A DNA stretch of 52,618 bases, the filler included, from Porpidia crustulata (Eukaryota), in assembly GCA_964255105.1 (NCBI GenBank). It is 3 parts of 3 records of this genome, joined end to end, with 100 filler letters (N's around TTAATTAATTAA, not from the genome) between each part and the next. Parts side by side here need not be neighbours in the genome. Positions count along the whole stretch, not along the records: positions 35,192 to 52,618 come from CAXUWE010000220.1; 2 more parts are not named here. One strand, 5' to 3'. Positions 48,501 to 52,618 of the stretch are shown here, one piece after another. Within the stretch, counting starts at the first letter, position 1. Each line of letters starts with the position of its first letter. The notes beneath the pieces are model-generated. The model searched no databases. It was not told where the DNA came from and saw nothing but the letters and a program-made list of their open reading frames with translations. A program made the translations under genes and the position numbers.

Positions 48501-51380
48501 TGCTAATATGTGCTTAGACGCTTCGCGACTTGATCCAGGGCGGTCTCTATGATGATAGTAAGGAGTGCTGGAGATTATTTCGACAGATTCTTGAAGGCCT
48601 AGCGCACATCCATGGATCGTCAATTGTTCATCGAGATCTGAAGCCTGAGAATATTTTCATCGATAATTCTAAAGATGTTCGTATTGGTGACTTTGGGCTT
48701 GCAAGGCCAGGCGGCTATCAGGAAGTGAACAAGGCCAAGGGGGCGGAAGATCCTTATACCAGCTTTACAAAAAGTATCGGAACAGCCTTTTACGTGGCAC
48801 CTGAGGTCCGATCCTCAGGGCAGGGAAAATATAATGAGAAGGCGGACGTAAGATTTTCATAGCTTTCTCCCGCATCTTTACCGTCAACTAACTGTATCTC
48901 CATGGCTAGATGTACGCGCTGGGCGTAATATTCTTCGAGATGAGCGTTCCCTTAACGACAGGCATGGAGCGTGCACGGTCGTTGGCGCGGTTGCGTGAGA
49001 CAGAGCATGACCTTCCAGCTGTATTTGAGGAGCCAGAAAAATCCACTCAAGGAGATATCATAATGTCGCTTGTAAACCACAAGCCTGCAGAACGGCCGAG
49101 TAGTATCGAGCTTCTTCGTGGAGGCCAGATTCCCGTGCAAATCGAAGACGACCTCATTCGGACGGCGCTTCGCCTCCTGAATGATCCCAAGTCTTCCTTC
49201 CGCCCACAGTTAGTGTCCGCAATTTTCTCTCATGCAGGCACAACGCAACCAGACCCGGTGGCTATGCTGAAAGATCAAAATTATGATGCTGTAATTGGCT
49301 CAAATCAGAAAGCAGACGACCTGCTTCTTCAGAGCATGGTCAAAGAGACACTGGTGGCGGTTTTCCGCTGTCACGGTGCTATCGAGGTCAACCGTCATTT
49401 GTTGACGCCCTACTCGTCCTACTATTCAAATCATTCGAGTGCCATTGTCAGATTTCTCGACTCTAATGGAACTGTCGTGCAATTACCATACGACCTGACA
49501 TTTCCTAATGCAAGGGCTTTAGCTAAGGGTGATTATCCTGGGCGGAAGACCTTCACATTCGGCGATGTGTATCGGGAGGCACATTCTGGAGCACATCCTA
49601 GAGCTCATGGAGAGGTGGACTTCGACATTGTCTCTTACGATAACCTCGATCTTGCACTTCGGGAAGCTGAAGTAGTCAAAGTCATTGACGAAATTATTGA
49701 CGCATTCCCGAGTATGGCTTCGCTCCGGATGTGCTATCATATCAACCACTCCCGGCTACTCGATGCGATCCTTACTTTCTGTGAGATTGACCCTTTGAAG
49801 AGGACTATAGTCAAGGAGATAATCAGTAGGCTCAATATTGGCCAGTGGAGTTGGGCGAAGATCAGAAACGAACTTCGAGCTCCATCGATTGCTATACCAG
49901 CAACATCACTTGAAGAACTAACGCGATTTGACTTCCGTGACACCTTTGACAAAGCAATTCCCAAACTTCGATCGATCCTTCAGGAGACTGCAGATCTGGA
50001 GGCTACCTTTTCGCATCTACACGCCGTTACTATCTACCTTGATCGCTTGAATATGAAACGAAGGATATACATAAATCCTCTGAGTAGCTACAATGAGAAG
50101 TTCTACCAAGGAAATTTACTTTTCCAATGTATATACGACAACAAAAAGCGAGACGTCTTCGCTGCAGGAGGGCGCTATGATCGACTTATACAGGAGCACC
50201 GGCCAAAACTTACTAAAAACGATCGTCACGCGGTAGGATTCAATCTAAACTGCCAAGGGCTTTGCTCCTCGATGGCTAGATACCATAGGTCTGCCGCTAA
50301 GCCTAAAGCTAATAAGAGAGATGATTCCGATGCCTCAGGGATACCTAGGCGATGCGATGTACTGATTGATAGCTTTGATCTGGATCTTCTGCGGACGACT
50401 GGCGTGAACATTGCTCAAGAGATGTGGGCTAATAATATCAGCGCTGAACTTGTAATTGATACAAATTCGGGTCTGAGAACTGACTACACCCAGACCTCTA
50501 GGGAAAGTAAAGACGCCCATAGCTGGGTTGTTCTCATCAAGGTTCGTACCTTCCAACGTGAACTGCTGTCTGTGCGTATTGCAATGCCATCCATTTTGCT
50601 TCTCTTGATGCACACAATCTTCTGCGTTAGCTGTAATTGCTTGAACAGCTTAGTTCAATGATTACTTTATCCCAGACTGGCATTTGGATCAGCTACCAGA
50701 TCTCAAGCTTGGACCGTGCCTTGAACTGCTACGTATAATTGGAATATAGATAGATTGCTGACCTTGCTGAGTAGGAGGGCGTACTGAGAGTCAGAAATAT
50801 AATTCGAAAGGAGGACACCGAGCTTCGCCAGTCAGAGCTTGTTCCATGGCTCAAGAATGAGATACGGGATCGGGACAGAGCCGAGGGTCGCACTCCTGAT
50901 AGAGTCCGTCTCCTTCGCTACGCCAGCAACCAGGAGACCGGCGCGCCTCCTTTAACTGATCACGAACCTGATGTCCGCATCCTCACCTCTCTCCACCGCA
51001 GCAAAAAGGTCAACCGCCGTACCGTCATCGAAGAAGGTAAAAACCCGTCCACATCGCGGGGGCAGGAACAGTAGCTAATACGGACAGCCCAATCACGCAC
51101 GCAAGAACTTCTCCGCTCAGCCACTGACAGCCCGATTGCTGCTGTCGAAACCAAAGATGATCTGTTTGAGGGAATACGTGAGACTAAGTTGAGCGATTCA
51201 GAAAGCTGGAAGAAATTCATCCAACGTGCGCCGGCAGGGGAGAGGGCGTATCTTTCCGATCTACAGGGCATGTTGGAACAGATGGCAAGGGGGGTGAAGG
51301 CAGGAGGAGGGAGGAACGCCTTTGTCTACAACTTCCGGACGAAGGCATGTATGTGGTATGATCTAGGGAAGGAACCTTAG
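45574..51380 (+). CDS. GCN2: eIF2-alpha kinase GCN2 (RWD, pseudokinase, kinase, HisRS-like and C-terminal domains)
   Basis: [23 protein letters not shown] motif, [62 protein letters not shown] and AAGGRYD. Introns at 45626-45736, 45796-46161, about 46945-47015, 48297-48517, about 48848-48909, 50542-50774 and about 51037-51088. The start is uncertain. Confidence 0.96.
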
Positions 51381-51758
51381 GCCAGGGGGTTCAAAGTTTT
51401 ATTGTGAGCGGTTAGAGATACCCAAAAATCGGTGTTGAGATGGATTCTTGGCATTGTGAAAACTCAGCCATAGCAGCATCGTATATCGCATGTAAGATAT
51501 CTTAGCAGTTCTTAGCAATATCAATGGAAAACTACTTGGATTCCCTTCTGCTCCAACAATCGACGAGGCAAAAGTATTATACCACGGAGTATGCACTTCT
51601 TAAAGCCGACGCTAGTAAGGATTTGTCGTATCATTTCTTTGGTCCCTCTCTTGCCATTCTCATCAGTGCTTGTTCAGTGACAAATTCAGATACTTAGTCC
51701 TTCAAAGAACACACCGAAGCCAAATATCCGCTCAGTATTTGAGAATTAGGGGGCAACT

Positions 51759-52618
51759 ATGGCCTCCATGTCAACATCTCAGGTGGTTGCAAAGCGCTCT
51801 TCCGACGCAGCACTGATGCCTCCACCACCACGCCCGAAACGGATAAAGCGACCTCAAAAGGTTTTGGACGAGGATGACTACACCGACGCCCTTTCACACA
51901 TCATAGCTCGGGACTTTTTTCCTGGCTTGATAGAGACAGAGTTACAACAAGACTACCTCAACGCACTCGAATCTCAGGACCACCAATGGATCGCCGCTGC
52001 CGGCCGGAAGCTCACCGAAGTGATGACTCCAGGCCCTGATGGTCGAAGATCACGAGGACGAAGGGGAACCAGTATGACGCCCATGACAGGCTTCTACGGT
52101 CGAGGTGGAGAGACCCCCAGAGCATGGCAAGGCGATACCCCCATGTCAGTTACCTCAACCGCTTCAACCTCAACCATGGAGTCCGAGAAGCCAGAGATCG
52201 ACACCAACATGTCACTCAGCGCCTTCCAAACCGAATACACCAGTGAAGACAACGAGTCTTTCTACAAACTCCTGGACAAACAAAACCTCAAGAAAGCAGA
52301 AAAATACGCCTGGATGTGGGCAGGCAACAAGATCCCCGCTCCCCGCCAGATCGCCCATCGCAAGCGCGAAGCCCTCCTCGCCGCCAATCAATCCCGGAAT
52401 CCTCTTTCCACCTCAAAACAACTCATCAAACGCTCCGAAACAGTCGACACCCGCAAAGCCATGCCGGACTCCTGGCCCACCAACAACCCCGCCAACAACT
52501 TCATGTTCGACCCCTCCTCCATCGAAGACTCCACCCAAACCATCCAACAAGCCGCCGAAGAAACATCCCACGCCCCCCCCAAAGCCGTCATTTACGATAA
52601 CACGCGCCTGCGCGCCGC
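51759..52618 (+). CDS. Splicing factor ESS2/DGCR14 family (runs off the window end)
   Basis: MASMSTSQ..LMPPPPRPKRIKRPQKVLDEDDYTDALSHIIARDFFPGL..MSLSAFQTEYTSEDNESFYKLLDKQN. It is absent from the ORF track because there is no stop inside the window. Confidence 0.9.
   Translation, partial: MASMSTSQVVAKRSSDAALMPPPPRPKRIKRPQKVLDEDDYTDALSHIIARDFFPGLIETELQQDYLNALESQDHQWIAAAGRKLTEVMTPGPDGRRSRGRRGTSMTPMTGFYGRGGETPRAWQGDTPMSVTSTASTSTMESEKPEIDTNMSLSAFQTEYTSEDNESFYKLLDKQNLKKAEKYAWMWAGNKIPAPRQIAHRKREALLAANQSRNPLSTSKQLIKRSETVDTRKAMPDSWPTNNPANNFMFDPSSIEDSTQTIQQAAEETSHAPPKAVIYDNTRLRA

Noticed and set aside
1..52618. CRISPR arrays, tRNA/rRNA genes, transposases, secondary-metabolite cluster
   Set aside because: I recognised no repeat-spacer arrays, cloverleaf or rRNA motifs, TIR/LTR pairs, or PKS/NRPS/RT/transposase motifs.

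Overview
This is eukaryotic DNA from a filamentous ascomycete (Pezizomycotina). It is gene-dense, with mostly 50-60 nt GT-AG introns carrying CTRAC/CTAAT branch sites. I can support 18 protein-coding genes: a Kch1/Prm6 K+ transporter (cut by the window start), an orphan TM + coiled-coil protein, BCKDH E1-beta, COX15, an Mx/dynamin-like GTPase, KRS1, a gap-truncated 2OG-Fe(II) dioxygenase, a short/branched-chain acyl-CoA dehydrogenase, a spartin/senescence-domain protein, a Kin4-like kinase, a GH31 alpha-glucosidase, an F-box protein, a gap-truncated UBA/UIM (Rup1-like) protein, CDC34, a GT-like type II membrane protein, a Cut12-domain SPB protein, GCN2 and ESS2/DGCR14 (cut by the window end). 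Two 100-nt artificial spacers (N44-TTAATTAATTAA-N44) join contigs and hide real sequence. I recognised no rRNA, tRNA, CRISPR array or transposon. Most of the window is ordinary housekeeping DNA. The best leads are: (i) the orphan membrane-anchored coiled-coil protein with repeated HxC(D/N)H(xxC) motifs; (ii) the UBA-UIM protein, which looks like a catalytically dead USP25/28-type deubiquitinase; (iii) recurring C-rich to G-rich strand-skew islands that override codon usage, carry G4 motifs and coincide with both gaps; and (iv) splicing oddities, namely a GC-AG intron, long GCN2 introns with cryptic sites and a stop-free 3n intron. All family calls come from motif recognition by eye; no searches were run.
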